The notes under the pieces were generated by a model that was not told the DNA's origin, searched no databases, and worked only from the letters and a program-made list of their open reading frames with translations. 64,000 nt of DNA from NCBI GenBank assembly GCA_963514005.1, contig OY740792.1, forward strand, positions 29,512,001 to 29,576,000, read 5' to 3'. Below are positions 1-13,109 of this stretch, piece after piece. Positions within the stretch are counted from its first letter, which is position 1; the number at the start of each line of letters is the position of its first letter. A program made the position numbers and the translations under genes. The stretch comes from Raja brachyura (taxonomy: Eukaryota).

Positions 1-659
1 TAGAGCTCAATTGTTTTGACAAAAATTAAAATGGCCATCAGTGAATAGGTTATTGATCATATAGCTCGGTAGCACACTGCACCACATCTTCTACCACATC
101 TTACACCACTTTACAGATGATTGAGAATGCACTTCTTATTGAGAATGATCATTCATTAGATTGGATTTGTACGGCTTTTGGAGACAAGTCACCAGGGCCT
201 TGTAGCACATTGGTGCAGCTGGTGGGGCTGCTGCCGCACCGTGCCAGAGACCTGGGGTTTACCAGAACTCTGCCTGAATTAGAGAGTATTAAGTACAGGT
301 CTACCACTGATTTCCCGGCACTCTTGGTTCCAGAGCCTTGCTGTATTATCTGTTTTTCCGTACCAACAGAGGTCACGTTGGGGTGGACCAGGTATCGACC
401 CGCAAAATCGGCATCACAAATCGGCTATGAGAACGGATCTGCTGGCTCCGGCTGGGCTGGAGTTCCAGAGCCCCGGCCGCAGGCGGCAAATTCAACCCAC
501 CAAATGGCCACGAACGACCGGAATGGACCTGCCGGTTCTAGCCGGGAGAGTTGTGGCAAATTCGACCCATCGATCGGCACAAAAGTTCTGATGAGGTAGA
601 GATTGGCCGCCTTACCTGGCCTAGACGCCACATTTACAGGGGGACTTCAAGTGCATGTG

Positions 660-960
660 GATCTGTATACGAAGAGGTTGGACAAACTTGGATTATTTAC
701 AATGGAGTGTTGGAGGCTGATGGGTGACCTAATAGAAAATATAAATATAGAAAGATATAAAATTATCAGAGGAAAATATAGGGTGGTCAGTCTGACTCTT
801 TTTCCCCCAGGGTGGATTTGTGAAAGACTAGAAGGCACAGCTTTATTGTGAGAGAGGTGAAGTTTAAAGGAGATGTGTGGAGAAATGTTTTTAATTACCC
901 AGAAATTGATGGGTGCTTGGAATGGAAACAGATACAATAGAGGCATTTAAGAGGCTTTCA
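660..960 (+). mobile_element. Degraded CR1-type LINE 3' fragment
   Basis: Residual YTKRLDKLGLFTME..RLMGDLIE, like the CR1 ORF2 C-terminus at 20150-20511. Confidence 0.7.
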
Positions 961-2935
961 ATTAGTTTAACATCAATTCGGGCCCAGGCATGTTTTACGC
1001 TGTTTGGTTCTATCTTCTAACTAATGTGGTTAATGTGCTTGCTATTGTTTTATGCATAGTATAAAAGCACAGTAAAGGATCTCCCATAGCTAATCTAAAA
1101 GTTTGAATATTAAACTTAACTTTATCTATCTTGACAACTGTCTTTAAGCCTGTCATACAAGAAGCAGAATTCATAAATAAACGCATCAAATAAATAGAAA
1201 GAAGTTACTAGAAAATTGTACATTGCTGAAGAAAGAGAGAGGAAATGTGAATTATAAGCTGGCCCTTAACAATTCAGTCCTTTCAACATCTTCTTCTGAG
1301 CTAAAGGTGCAAAGCTAGAGAATGACATGCTGAATATAGCACCAGTTTCGTCATCCTAATCAATCTTGGCCACACAAACTAGGCAGCAATACCAAGAAAA
1401 AAGTAACTCATGGAAGCACATGGCACACCAGAGAATACAAAGAGTTGCCAAGATTAGAGAAGGAAAGTAGAATAGTGTGAGAATTCTGAGACATACAGGG
1501 AAATCACAGGAAACAACGGAGGAAGGAGACAACGTGCAAAAGTTCTTCATATTTCAAAATAAACACAGTGGGTGAAATAATTATCAAGTTGAGTGACTTA
1601 TTTTGAGAGTTTGCGCCACAAAGTTGAAGTATACATACACTGGAATGGTTGATAGAAAATGGTTGCTTAATTAATTATGGAAGAATCTTATCTTTCAATG
1701 TGGATATCATCTGCACATAGTTGCAACACAATAATTCAGTAAACTGCCCCCTCGGGTTGAAGAGATATAGTCAATAAACACTGACATTTTCAACAACATT
1801 CACATCTGATAAACAAATTTAAAAAACTTTAGAATTCTATTCGAGAGAGATGTGGATGCTGAGTCATTAAGTATATTGATGACTTTGCTAAGTAGATTTT
1901 TGGACCTCTGAGAAATTAAGTGTTGCGGTATGAACAAGAAAGTAGATTTGAAGGGCTATCAATCGTGATCTTACTTAATGGCAGAACAAGCTCTTGTGGT
2001 TCAATGGTCCAGTTTTTGCTATTAATGAATTTAATTGCTCCACTGTTAGCTTCCATGTCTTAGTTACCATGACCCCAAAGCTGTAGAATTCCATTCCTAA
2101 ACCACTCTGAATCTCTCTTCTTGAAACAACTCCTTAAAACGTACCTCTGCTCAAATGTCATCTCTCCCAGTATCTCCTTACATATCTTATCCAAAAGGTT
2201 TATCAGAAAAGAGTCCTGTGAAATTTTGTCCGTGCTTTTCCAACAGATTGTTGGTGTTTACTTTTTATAGAAATGTTCCATCTGGATTTTAAATTAGTTG
2301 CTTGTGGCTGATAGCTAATATGCTGTTAACTGGCCTAGTCTGAATGTGCACATTCATTATCTGCAAGAAATAGGAACATGAACTTCCCACAGATAACAAA
2401 AGATGCAGATGCCACTGTTCTGTAACCAATAAAACTTCTGCCACAAATTAATATAAATATGCCCTGTAATGTTCTAAAACTATTAACACATTAAAATAAC
2501 ATAATTGACTGATGTAGACAGCAATGATGCAAGTTATAACCCAACAAATGTTGCCAAAAATAAAATGCATTTTTAATTCAATTTTTCTCTTTCTACTCTG
2601 ATTCTAATTATTTACAAATCCTACATTATCATTGTTACTATGTTTGACCTTTGGGATAAGTTAACTTTCTGTATGAATACTGTGTTCATTACTTAAGGCA
2701 TCTGATCTCATCTATTTACCAAAATGAGTTTCTTCTTGCATACAAGAAAACACATACAGGGTCCATTAAACGTTATGTACAGTGCAAATCTATTTTGGCC
2801 AAGTATCGTGTCCCCAATGCCTTGTACTATGGGTTTATGGTCACGACCTATCGTTGCAGTGGTCAGACATTGATAATATGAGGGGCTACAGGCTTGAAGC
2901 CAAAATGTTCACATGAAAACAAATCAGGCAAGAGG

Positions 2936-3968
2936 TAGGTATGTTGCAAAACTTACCTTGAGCAGCGGTGCAGTTCTGCCGCTCCCCGTGTGCGTGACTT
3001 TGGCGCCTTTCAGAGGGGGGGGGGGGGCTGAAAGTGCCGTTTCTCAACAGACATGGAAAATCGATGAATGTCGGACGATTTCGTTGCGGAAGAAAAATCG
3101 CTCCGACATTTCATGAAGGTATTTTTAAATTACTCTAAATTATTTATTAACTAGAGTAATTTAAAAATCGCCTTCAAAAGCCATGAGCACCGACAACCGG
3201 AAGGATTTTGCGTAGGTGAGAAGAAAAGGTAAATAGTTTATTTTTATATTAAAAGTTGGTTTCTCGGGATGCTTTAATACTATTTTTATGTTGCGAAATG
3301 GGGTCCAAAAAAATGTATGAACAAGCAGTATTTTTCCTCCCGACTTCACCGCTAACCGCAACGTTCTAATCCACCGCATTCCACTAAAACCCACTCGCTA
3401 GTTGATTTAAATGGCCATTAATTTACAGGAATCAAACACTAAATTCCTTCCATTTGGCCCAGAAATTCATGAAAATGAGATTTAAAAATTATGTTATATT
3501 GTGGATTATTGTGTGAATGTTATTTGGACACTTAGGCAATTTAAAAAAAGTTTATCTTTTCTTAAGAAATGGATAGATGTTTAGATCTACTCATTGAATT
3601 TTGTAATTAGCTACAATTAGATAACTAACTAATTACATGCTTTAATTTCAGGTCATCCAAGTAAGATTGTTTCATATTTGTTTCAGAATGCTTCAATCTA
3701 TAATAACTAAAAATGTCATTGAGTTCTCTTAATTTTAAAGAAAGTTATGGGCTTTTAACTTTTCCAGATCACAGCTTTTGAGTTAAGTCAATTGAAAGGC
3801 AATGGGGAACAAGATGCTAATTTCCGAGTATGAAAATGGCCATAACTTTCTTAATACTGAAGACATGAAAGTAAATTAGGTGTCAAATTAAACTTCTTTT
3901 TATGCTTTATCTAATGGGATAAATTGCAGACTTGATTTTTTAAATCTCAAAATTTTGTAACATTGCTA
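2936..3968. mobile_element. Non-autonomous TIR DNA transposon (~1 kb)
   Basis: Imperfect TIRs TAGGTATGTTGCAAAA / TTTTGTAACATTGCTA, flanked by direct repeat CAAGAGG (2929-2935 and 3969-3975). No transposase ORF. Confidence 0.75.
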
Positions 3969-5179
3969 CAAGAGGTGAAGGGTAATGATACCTCTTAAAT
4001 AAAACAAAGCCCATTATTTTTGACACTACATTACAGGCTATAAAAACTATAGAATTTTGCATTGGAGATTCACAAGGATTTCCCAGGATTATGTTATCTT
4101 TGTTAGGATAATTTGGCTGAATTTAGATTGTTTTTTGAAATAGAGGAGATTGAGGGGCAATTTGATTGAGATGAATATAATTGTGAGGTTTAAGGAGAGA
4201 TTCCCTATCTCTTTAGAGTCTTGTGTTCTCTTCATAACTTACCTTTCTCCCTATGTTTGTGTCATGGCTTCAAATCCAGTGTTATCATAGACGGTTTTGT
4301 AGCAAATGTAAAACTTTACCAGCCCACCACTGTTCCTGTGGAATACCAATCATTTCTTTCAGCTAATCTGAAAAAGATCCATTTGTGCATACTCCGGGTC
4401 CTCATCGCCTGTCACTCTCAACCCGTGCCAACATGTCATCTCCCAAAACATGAGCTTTCATTTCCATAGTAATCTTTGATGTGGCAATTTACTAGATGCC
4501 TTTTGGAAAGTTCAGTACTATTTATCTTTTAACAACAGCATGTTATTTCTTGTAAATTATTTTTTTTTTAAATGAGTATAACAATAAAATGATAAATTGC
4601 ATAATTTGACAAGAGATATGGAAAGGTAAAGAAGTTATAGAAAGTTAGTAGATTTAGTTTTGATACTCCTGTCTTCCAGTAGACCATTTACAGGGCTGCC
4701 AACTCTCAAGCTTTGAGCGTGAGAATCACGCGTTTTAACCAATTCTCACGCCCTCACGCTGATCAGAAATTTCTCACACTCTGTGGTGAGAAATTCTGTG
4801 ATCAACGAAAATTTAAAAACTTAGATAAACTGCATGGCCCACGGGTGTTGGAGAGCCGGGGCTGAGGGAGGGATGGAAGCAAAACCAGCGGTGGAGATGC
4901 GAACGGGGATCCGGGGCTGGCGAGTGTTTGCCGGGGAGAGATGCCGGGGATAGATGCTGGGAACAGGGCAGGCGAGTGTTTGCCGCGGCTGGCGAGTGCT
5001 TGCGGGGCTGGCGAATGTTTGCCGGGGACAGATGCCGGGAACGGGGCTGACGAGTGTTTACGGTGCTGGCTGCATCTCCGGCCATGGAGCAGCCTCAGTG
5101 CAAGAGTCCCGAGTGGTCGGAGGAGTCGGAAGCGTTGCGCCACTGCCGTGAGAGTCTCTGTGCCGAAAGGACAGAGACT

Positions 5180-6434
5180 CTCAAAGGGAGGTGGAGCGAG
5201 AGAGGGGAAGGAGACAGGAAGACAGGGGGGAGAGAGAGAGGGGCTGAGGAGAGAGAGGGAAGAGTGAGAGGGGAGAGTGAGAGGGAGAGAGAGGGGAGAG
5301 TGAGAGGGAGAGAGAGGAAGGGAGAGAGAGGGGAGAGAGGGGTTGGAGCGGGAGGAGAAGGCAGAGAGAATTGGAGAGAGAGGGGGAAGAGAGAGGGGTG
5401 GTAAAAGAGAGAGGGAGGGGGAAGAGAGAAACGGGGAAGAGAGAGAGAGATGGGGGGCAAAGAGAAAGATGAGATAGAGACAGGAGAAAGAGAGAAGGGG
5501 AGAGTGAGGANNNNNNNNNNNNNNNNNNNNNNNNNNNNNNNNNNNNNNNNNNNNNNNNNNNNNNNNNNNNNNNNNNNNNNNNNNNNNNNNNNNNNNNNNN
5601 NNNNNNNNNNNNNNNNNNNNNNNNNNNNNNNNNNNNNNNNNNNNNNNNNNNNNNNNNNNNNNNNNNNNNNGGACGAGAGAGGGGGAGAGCGAGGTGGGAG
5701 GGAGGGGGAAGAGAGAGGGGGAGAGAGAGGGGAGGGAGAGGTAGGGAGAGAGAGGGGAGAGAGGAGTGGAGAGGGAGGAGAGGGTAGAGAGAATTGGAGA
5801 GAGAGGGGGAAGAGAGAGGGGTGGTAAAAGAGAGAGGGGGAAGAGGGAGAGAGGGGGAAAGAGAGAAATGGGGAAGAGAGAGAGAGATGGGGGGCAAAGA
5901 GAAAGAGGAGATAGAGACAGGAGAAAGAGAGAAGGGGGAGAATGAGGGGGGGGGAGAGGGGGGGTGGGGAGGGAGAGAGAGAGAAGAAAGAGAGGGAGCG
6001 AGAAGAGAGACGGGGAGGGGAGGGGGAGAGAGGGGAGAGAGGGGACGAGAGGGGACGAGAGGGGACGAGAGGGGACGAGAGGGGACGAGAGGGGACGAGA
6101 GGGGACGAGAGAGGGGGAGAGCGAGGTGGGAGGGAGGGGGAAGAGAGGGAGGGGGAAGAGAGAGAGGGGGAGAGAGAGAGGGGGGGGAGAGAGAAGAGAG
6201 AGGGAAGGGGAGAGAGAGGGGGGGGAGACAGGGGAGAGAGAGGGGGTGAGAGGAGAGGGAGAGACAGAGAGGGAGAGATGAGGGGGAGGGGAGAGATAGA
6301 GGGGGAGAGAGGGGGGAGCGAGAGAGGGAGGAGAGTGAGGTGGGAGGGAGAGAGAGAGGGGAGAGAAAGAGAGATGGAGAAAGAGAGAGGGGGAGGGGGA
6401 GAGAGGGGGAGGGAGAGAGAGGGGGATCGAGAGG
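5180..6434. repeat. Polypurine (GA-rich) low-complexity tract including (GGGGACGAGA)x7 at 6041-6110
   Basis: Seen directly. It produces the spurious long Pro/Leu/Ser and Glu/Arg/Gly ORFs. Confidence 0.95.
5511..5670. other. Assembly gap (160 N)
   Basis: Run of N. Confidence 1.
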
Positions 6435-6924
6435 CAGGGCTGCCAACTCCCATGCATTGAGTGTGATAATCACGCATTTCGCCAAATACTCGCGCTGATC
6501 ACAAATTTCTCATGCTCTGTCGTGAGAAATTCTGTGATCAACGAAAATTTCAAAACTGATATCAACTGCATGGGCCATGGGTGTTGGAAGCAGAAGCAGC
6601 GACGGGGACAGACGTGGACGGGGAGCGAGGCTGGCGAGTGTTTGCCGTGCAGGCGAGTCGCGCACTGCAGCTCCGGCCATGGAGCAGCCTCATTGCAAGG
6701 AGTTGGAAGCGTTGTGCTGCTGCCGTGTGAGCCTCTGTGCAAAATTCACCCAGGTGACCGGCATGGATCTGGCTGCGGCTCGGTGCATCCTGGAGGACAA
6801 CCAGTGGCTGCTGGAAGTAAGTACCAAGTACTGGATAGAAATGGTGGAAGTCAGTGGACTTCAAATGGGGGTGGTTGGAGAAAGCACCCTACTTACCTGC
6901 TCGATTTTCACTTACTGTAACTGC

Positions 6925-7770
6925 AGGAAAAATGTTCCCGATGTTGGGGGAGTTCAGAACCAGGGGTCACAGTTTAAGAATAAGGGGGGGGGGGGCAGTT
7001 AGGACTGAGATGAGGACAAACTTTCTTCACGCAGAGAGTTGTGAATCTGTGGAATTCTCCGTCACAGAGGCACTGCAGACCAATTCACTGGATGTTTTCA
7101 AGAGAGAGTTACATTTAGTTCTTGGGGCTAACAAAATCAAGGGATATGGGGAAAAAACAGGAAAGAGGTATTGATTTTAGATGAATAGCCATGATCATAT
7201 TTAATGGCAGTACTGGATCGAAGGGCCAATGGCCTATTCCTGCATCTATTTTTCTATGTTTCTATGCTTGAGTATATGGCAATAAAACTTGATCACTTGA
7301 TTTTGAAGCATTGCTGCATGGTGGAGGTATAATAGAAACATAGAAAATCAGGTGCAGAAGTAGGCCATTCGGCCCTTCGAGCCTGCACCGCCATTCAATA
7401 TGATCATGGCTGATCATCCAACTCAGTATCCCGTACCTGCTTTCTCTCCATACCCCCTGATCCCTTTAGCCACAAGAGCCACATCCAACTCCCTCTTGAA
7501 TATAGCCAATGAACTGGCCTCAACGACCTTCTGCGGCAGAGAATTCCAGAGACTCACCATGTAGTCATAGAGTGATACAGTGTGAAAACACTTTGGCGCA
7601 ACTTGCCTACACCCGCCAACATGTCCCAGCTACGCTACCTGCTTTTGGTTCATACCTCCAAACCTGTCCTATCCATGTATCAGTCTAACTGTTTCTTAAA
7701 TGTTGCTTTGGTCCCTGCCTCAACTACCTCCTCTGGCAGCTTGTTCCATACACCCACCACCCTTTGTTTA
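6925..7770. mobile_element. Cluster of CR1-type LINE 3' ends (6925-7265 plus; 7335-7558 and 7560-7770 minus)
   Basis: RTRGHSLRIRG...DVFKRELH...IKGYGEKTG plus a ttctatgt tail, similar to 20280-20600. Confidence 0.85.
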
Positions 7771-9148
7771 ATTTTACGGATGGGAATTGTGTTCAACTAA
7801 TTGATGACTTCTTTGACAAAGTAACTAGCATGTTAGATAACAAGGAAGCCAATGAATGTAGCAAATTTTGTTATCCATAATTTGGTCTGTGAAGTGCCCC
7901 ATAAAGGATTACTGCATTAGATAAGCACCTGTGGACTTGTACGTAATAGGTTAAGTCCAGGGGGTCAGATATGGGGCTTTATGTGTGGGCCAGATATATT
8001 GTCAATGCAAAGGGGCTAGGAGCAAGGCCAAGTATTCATCCAGAGTCAAGGTCTGGAATCGGCTTGGTGTGCAGTCAAAGCTGGGACCAAGGGTGTGTTC
8101 AGCACTGGGAACCTAAGCAGGTAAGCAGCTATGATCAGGGTAGAATAGGGGGCCAGATGCAAGGCTGGACTCAGGGACAGGAATGAGAGACGGTATGCAA
8201 CTGGAGTCAGGGCCAGGAGTAGTACCAGGTGTCCAGTGAGACCCAGGTTGGTCAACATGGGCCAAGTGCTTGATTATAATCTGATTTCCATACATGAATA
8301 CACTAAGATCAGTCATGCGCTGCACGTATGGATCAGAGCCTGGGCTCTACTGTGGAATGTAATTTACTCAAACCTTAATCATGGCTAATCCAATTTAAAG
8401 CATATATATTGCATTAGTTAAAAGACTCGCTACAGTATGCACCTTATTGCAGAATTTCAAGCTGAAAAATGCAAAAGTTCCGTACCGATGGGAGGGGGGG
8501 ATACAATTTCTCACTCCCAACTCTCACCCAATGTTGGCAGCCCCACATATATTCATTTTCATCAACTGTTTAAAAAAATAATTAAAACTTTTCATATTTT
8601 GTTGGGGCTGGAAGGTTAGAGAATTAAAGTTTATAAGCTTGCCTAATGGAGGTCACACTGGGGTGGGGAGGGTTGGGAAGCTGCAGAATATTCATCAAAG
8701 ACTGAGTCCGATTCTGGAAAGACTTATTTCCACAAATGTATAAAAAAGTGTTGGGAGGAGAGGATTAGGGTGCGACATTGAATACAATTCAAAAAATGAT
8801 TGGAGATGACTCAGAAGATATGCTTCATCATGGTTGAAGTGGACTTGCTTGAGCATGTATCAGTCAGGCGCCGAGAATCTGAGAGAGTTTTTGAGGTAAT
8901 TTACTTATATGAATCTCTAACCTACCAGCCCCTCGACCAACCAATCTATTTACCCAACCAACTTCCCTACTTAACCAACGGTTTTCCAGAAAATTGCTGC
9001 TTAGTCTTCTAACATGGTTTCCCCTTCCTCCTCAGTAGCTCAACAAAGCTAATACTGGGAAGACCAACAAATTTGAATACTCTTTTATTCCTTTGGGATT
9101 TAATTTTACATTCAACAAAATATGAAATAAGTTTACCTAATAACAACT

Positions 9149-9245
9149 GGGGCAGCACGGTGGCACAGCGGCAGAGTTGCTGCCTTACAGCGCCAGAGAC
9201 TCAGGTTCAACCCCGACTATGGGGGCTGTCTGTACAGAGTTTTGT
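9149..9245 (+). mobile_element. tRNA-derived SINE 5' fragment (HE1/V-SINE-like)
   Basis: GGGCAGCACGGTGGCACAGCGG (A box) and GGTTCAACCCC (B box); same family as 14105. Confidence 0.8.
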
Positions 9246-9659
9246 ACCCAATCTACCCTCCCTAGCACCTGCCTAATGACATTGTAATCTGCTTTGCCCC
9301 AATTAATATCTTCCCCCAAATTACACACCCATCCCTATTGAAAACAATCTTAAAACTTTTGGAGTAGTGATCACTATCTCCAAAATGCTCTTCCACCGTA
9401 ACACCAGTCATCTAGCCAGGCTTGTTTCCTAATACAAGGTCCAGTATGGTCCCTCCTTCAGTTAAACTATTAACATATTGTTTAAGGCAGGAGTCTCCAA
9501 ACTATGCCCCGCAGGCCACATCCGTCCCGCCATGAGATTTTATCCTGCCCGCAGCAAGCTCTTAACACATTCCGTGCAGCGGACTATTTAGCCGGTTCTG
9601 TGGTAGCTCTCCCTCTCCCCCCCCCCTCCCTCCCTCTTTCCCTTCCCCCCTCTCACGTC

Positions 9660-10270
9660 TAAAACATCAAAATCCTGGCCTTTGAGCTGTCAATCATATC
9701 TCTCTCGTAACCAAGTTTCTGTAATGGCCAAATCATCATACTTCCAAGCACTGATCCAGGCTCTAAGTTCATCAGCTTTCCCCACAATACTCTGTGCATT
9801 GAAGTAAATGCACTTCAGCCCTTCATTATCCACAAATCATGAATTACTCCCTGCCTGCCCTTCCTTTGAGACTTACTTATCATAACCTTCACTTTCTCAA
9901 CAACCCTTGATCTACTGCACTGGTGCCCACCTCCTTGCCATTCCAGTTTAAACTGTCCTAAGTAACACCTGCAAACCAACATGCAACGATGTTCGTGCCC
10001 CTCCAGTTTATGAGCAAAACGTCCATCTTGCACAGCTCACTTCTGATGCAGAAGTGATCCTAATGGTCCAAACCTTTGAATCTCTGTCCCCCACACCAAC
10101 TGTTCAGCCACGCAATCATCTGCCCTATCCTCTCATTGCTGCCCTCACTGGCACATGGCTCAGCTAGTAATCCAGAGACTACCACCCTTGAGGTCCTCCA
10201 TTTTAACCTTGTGTATAACTTTTCCTACTTATGTCATTTGTGCTAACCTGTATGACTTCTGGCTGCTCAC
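9660..10270 (-). mobile_element. Degraded CR1 ORF1/ORF2 junction fragment
   Basis: The reverse strand resembles the esterase-to-endonuclease region at 17050-17870. Confidence 0.6.
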
Positions 10271-13109
10271 AATGAATGAATAAAACTGTAAACAATTCCA
10301 AATGTCCTTTCCACTATTTCTTATCTTCAGAAGTAACTTAGATATACTAATTGTTATTTGTTGGGCCATTTTATCCAGAGGTCCTTTGCAAATACTTTAA
10401 AGTCAAGCGAATGAATATTTTCCTAGGTTCCCTCTCTAGAACTAAGGAAATTACTTCAAAGACTCTTACCAATTTCTACCAATGCACTGTGGAACACAAG
10501 CTTCCTGGGATGCATGAAACTTAGTTTGGCAATTTCTCTGCCCAAGATCACAAGAAATTGTAGAGAGTATTGGATACAGCCAAGTCCATCATGCAAAGCA
10601 GCCTCCCACCTGTTGTACTTGTGAACGGGATAATTATTCTCATGCCATGATTGATGGCCAGGTGTCAGAGATTGTGGGGAGACGGCAGGAGAATGGGGTT
10701 AGAAGGGAGAGATAGATCAGCCATGATCAAATGGTGGAGGAGACGTGATGAGCCGAATGGCCGAATTCTGCTCCTATCACATGATATGCAAGGTTTTCCT
10801 CTGTATCACAGTACGTGTCAGTAATAAACCAATAAACTCTCTTTTAATGAGTGCAGAAAGGTTTGTCAGCAGCACCACCCGACACGCCTAAACATGAGGA
10901 ATGAAAATGTGCAAATAGCAAATAAAAAGCATGCAATTGACAGAGCTAAGCACCTCACAAGTAACAGATCTGCTCATAGCTCTACAGTCCTGCCACATCT
11001 ATTCATGAATAGTTAAAAAAGTCAAGCTGCTGGAATAACTCAGTGGGTCCGGCAGGAGGACATGGCTAGGTGGACAAAGAGCAGGATAGCGGCAGGAATC
11101 AGAGTGGGAGTCGTGATAGGGGTCTCACAGAACTAGTGTCGGAGAGAGGTGAAGAACTTCTTCAAAGTAGGCATACCTTGATAGATGGTGGTAGACACTT
11201 AAACATCTAACAGGTAATGGTGGTTAAAAGAACACAATCCTCAGTTATGATGGGATCAGCAGACCATGGCTAAAGACAAAACTGTCCGCTGTCCATAAAC
11301 TCAGGTGTATTAGCCACAAGTGCTATGGCTCCATGAGCAGGTCAGAAGCCAGATATCATGCAATGAATGACTCACCTCCTTAGATCTAGCAGCAAATGTA
11401 CATGCACAAATTAGTGTGATAGAATACTCTCCATTTGGCTAAATGAGCAGCATCAATAACACTGAAGCTTGACTGTACACGATCCACATGTATTCCCTCC
11501 AGCACCAGCTGCAATATGTATCATCTCCATAATGCACCGCAATCACTCATCTAGGCTGTTCTGACAGCACCTCTGATTCTGCAACCCCCACCATGAGAAG
11601 GACAAGAATTTGGATGCATGGGAACACTGCCACTTCTGTATTCCAAATCACGTACCCTGAATAGATATCACTTTTCCTTCATTATTGCCAAGTTAAAATC
11701 CTGGAAGTGCCTCCCCAGCAATGAGGGTACAAAATGGAATGCAGCTGCACAGACAGATGGCTCACCGCCATCTCCTCTAGAGCAATGGAGATGGGCATTA
11801 TGAAAAAATAAAACTAAAATTCTTTATTCTCGCTTCTCAAGCAACTGTTATTTTGTCACATGTATATTTCCATATTTCCTTATGAAATTTAAGTCATTTT
11901 AACCCATTGAGTCTCCAAAATCACATACATTTTCTGCGTAACCTATTCTCCTCACATTCCCATCAACACTCCCCTAACTCTACCACCTAATTACACACGT
12001 GGCATTTACAGGAGCCAATGAACTTACAACTCTATTGGCTGCCACACTGTGCCACATTAAACATGGCAGGAAATTATAGAGCATTTTTCTCTTGAACTAA
12101 AGAAGCGTGGACATCTCACCTGCTTTCAATGTATTCCCAGTCTTACCCCCAAGCAACAACAAATTAAAAGTTCTATTGAAAACAAACTCAATCATGGAAA
12201 CTTAACAGTTAACAAAGGGTTCAATTATATAACTTGCCTTTCAAAATACACCAGCTTCGCAATAAATTGTACAAACAGCATCTGACCAAAGTTCAAACGC
12301 AAAACCCTGGAAAAACCATAATTGAAAAGCAAACCAACTGTTATATGTTGAATTTTCAATAGAATCAAATACAACCGTATTTCAGGGCTCAGACAGTGCA
12401 TGATCAATTTGCACTCAAAATGGCAAATACTAAACTTATCTGGCATGTTCATACTTGTGGTTGTGAGGCAACCTTTTCATTTCACCTTTGCACTTTTAAA
12501 ATGGGTAGGGCTTTGAGTCAGTTTTGATAGTTGCTCAACAGATTAAATAAATATTAATTAACCAGCAATTCATTTGCAGCAACTTATAAAAGTAATTATC
12601 TCATTCCAGTTAAAAAGGAAATGTCAACAATATCAACTGAAGCAAAACATAACCTGTACACTGAAATTGAAACTACCAGCAGCATTCTAAGTCTATGACC
12701 CCTGATTCTACACATCCGGTTCTTGGGAAGCTACGTCTTCATCTATCTGGTCAAGTCCTCTGAATAATGTTGTGTGTTTCAATGAGATGAATTCTCATTC
12801 TTCTAAACTCAAGGCCCGATGTGCCTAATCTTGTCGCACGACAAACTGGCCATCCCTGATGTGCCTAATCCTGTCATATGACAATCAGCCATGCATTCAT
12901 CTACCTTTTCCTCCTGTTCTTATTCTCAGGAGCACATAGCACTGGAAGTAATCTGCAGATTTCTTTCCATGAGCACCTGCTTTTTAATTTCCGACACAGA
13001 GGCCCAACATCAGAATATCCTTAGGGTGAACCCTCAGATAGCATCTGGATCTAGTAATCTGAATTCTTCAAGTACACCCTCAGAAAGTATCTGGATCTAA
13101 TAGTATACC

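Larger units (their letters stand above)
4691..8544. mobile_element. hAT-like non-autonomous element ends: two left ends (4691, 6435) and one right end (8533-8544), with nested LINE fragments
   Basis: CAGGGCTGCCAAC at 4691 and 6435, each followed by related sequence. Inverted GTTGGCAGCCCC at 8533. No clear TSD; superfamily is tentative. Confidence 0.5.

Noticed and set aside
117-599. 160-aa ORF as possible LPAR6 or other nested gene
   Set aside because: No transmembrane pattern or recognisable motif; overlaps a GC-rich repeat-like fragment.
4802-6485. Long 434-551 aa ORFs
   Set aside because: They are translations of a GA/CT low-complexity tract spanning an N gap.
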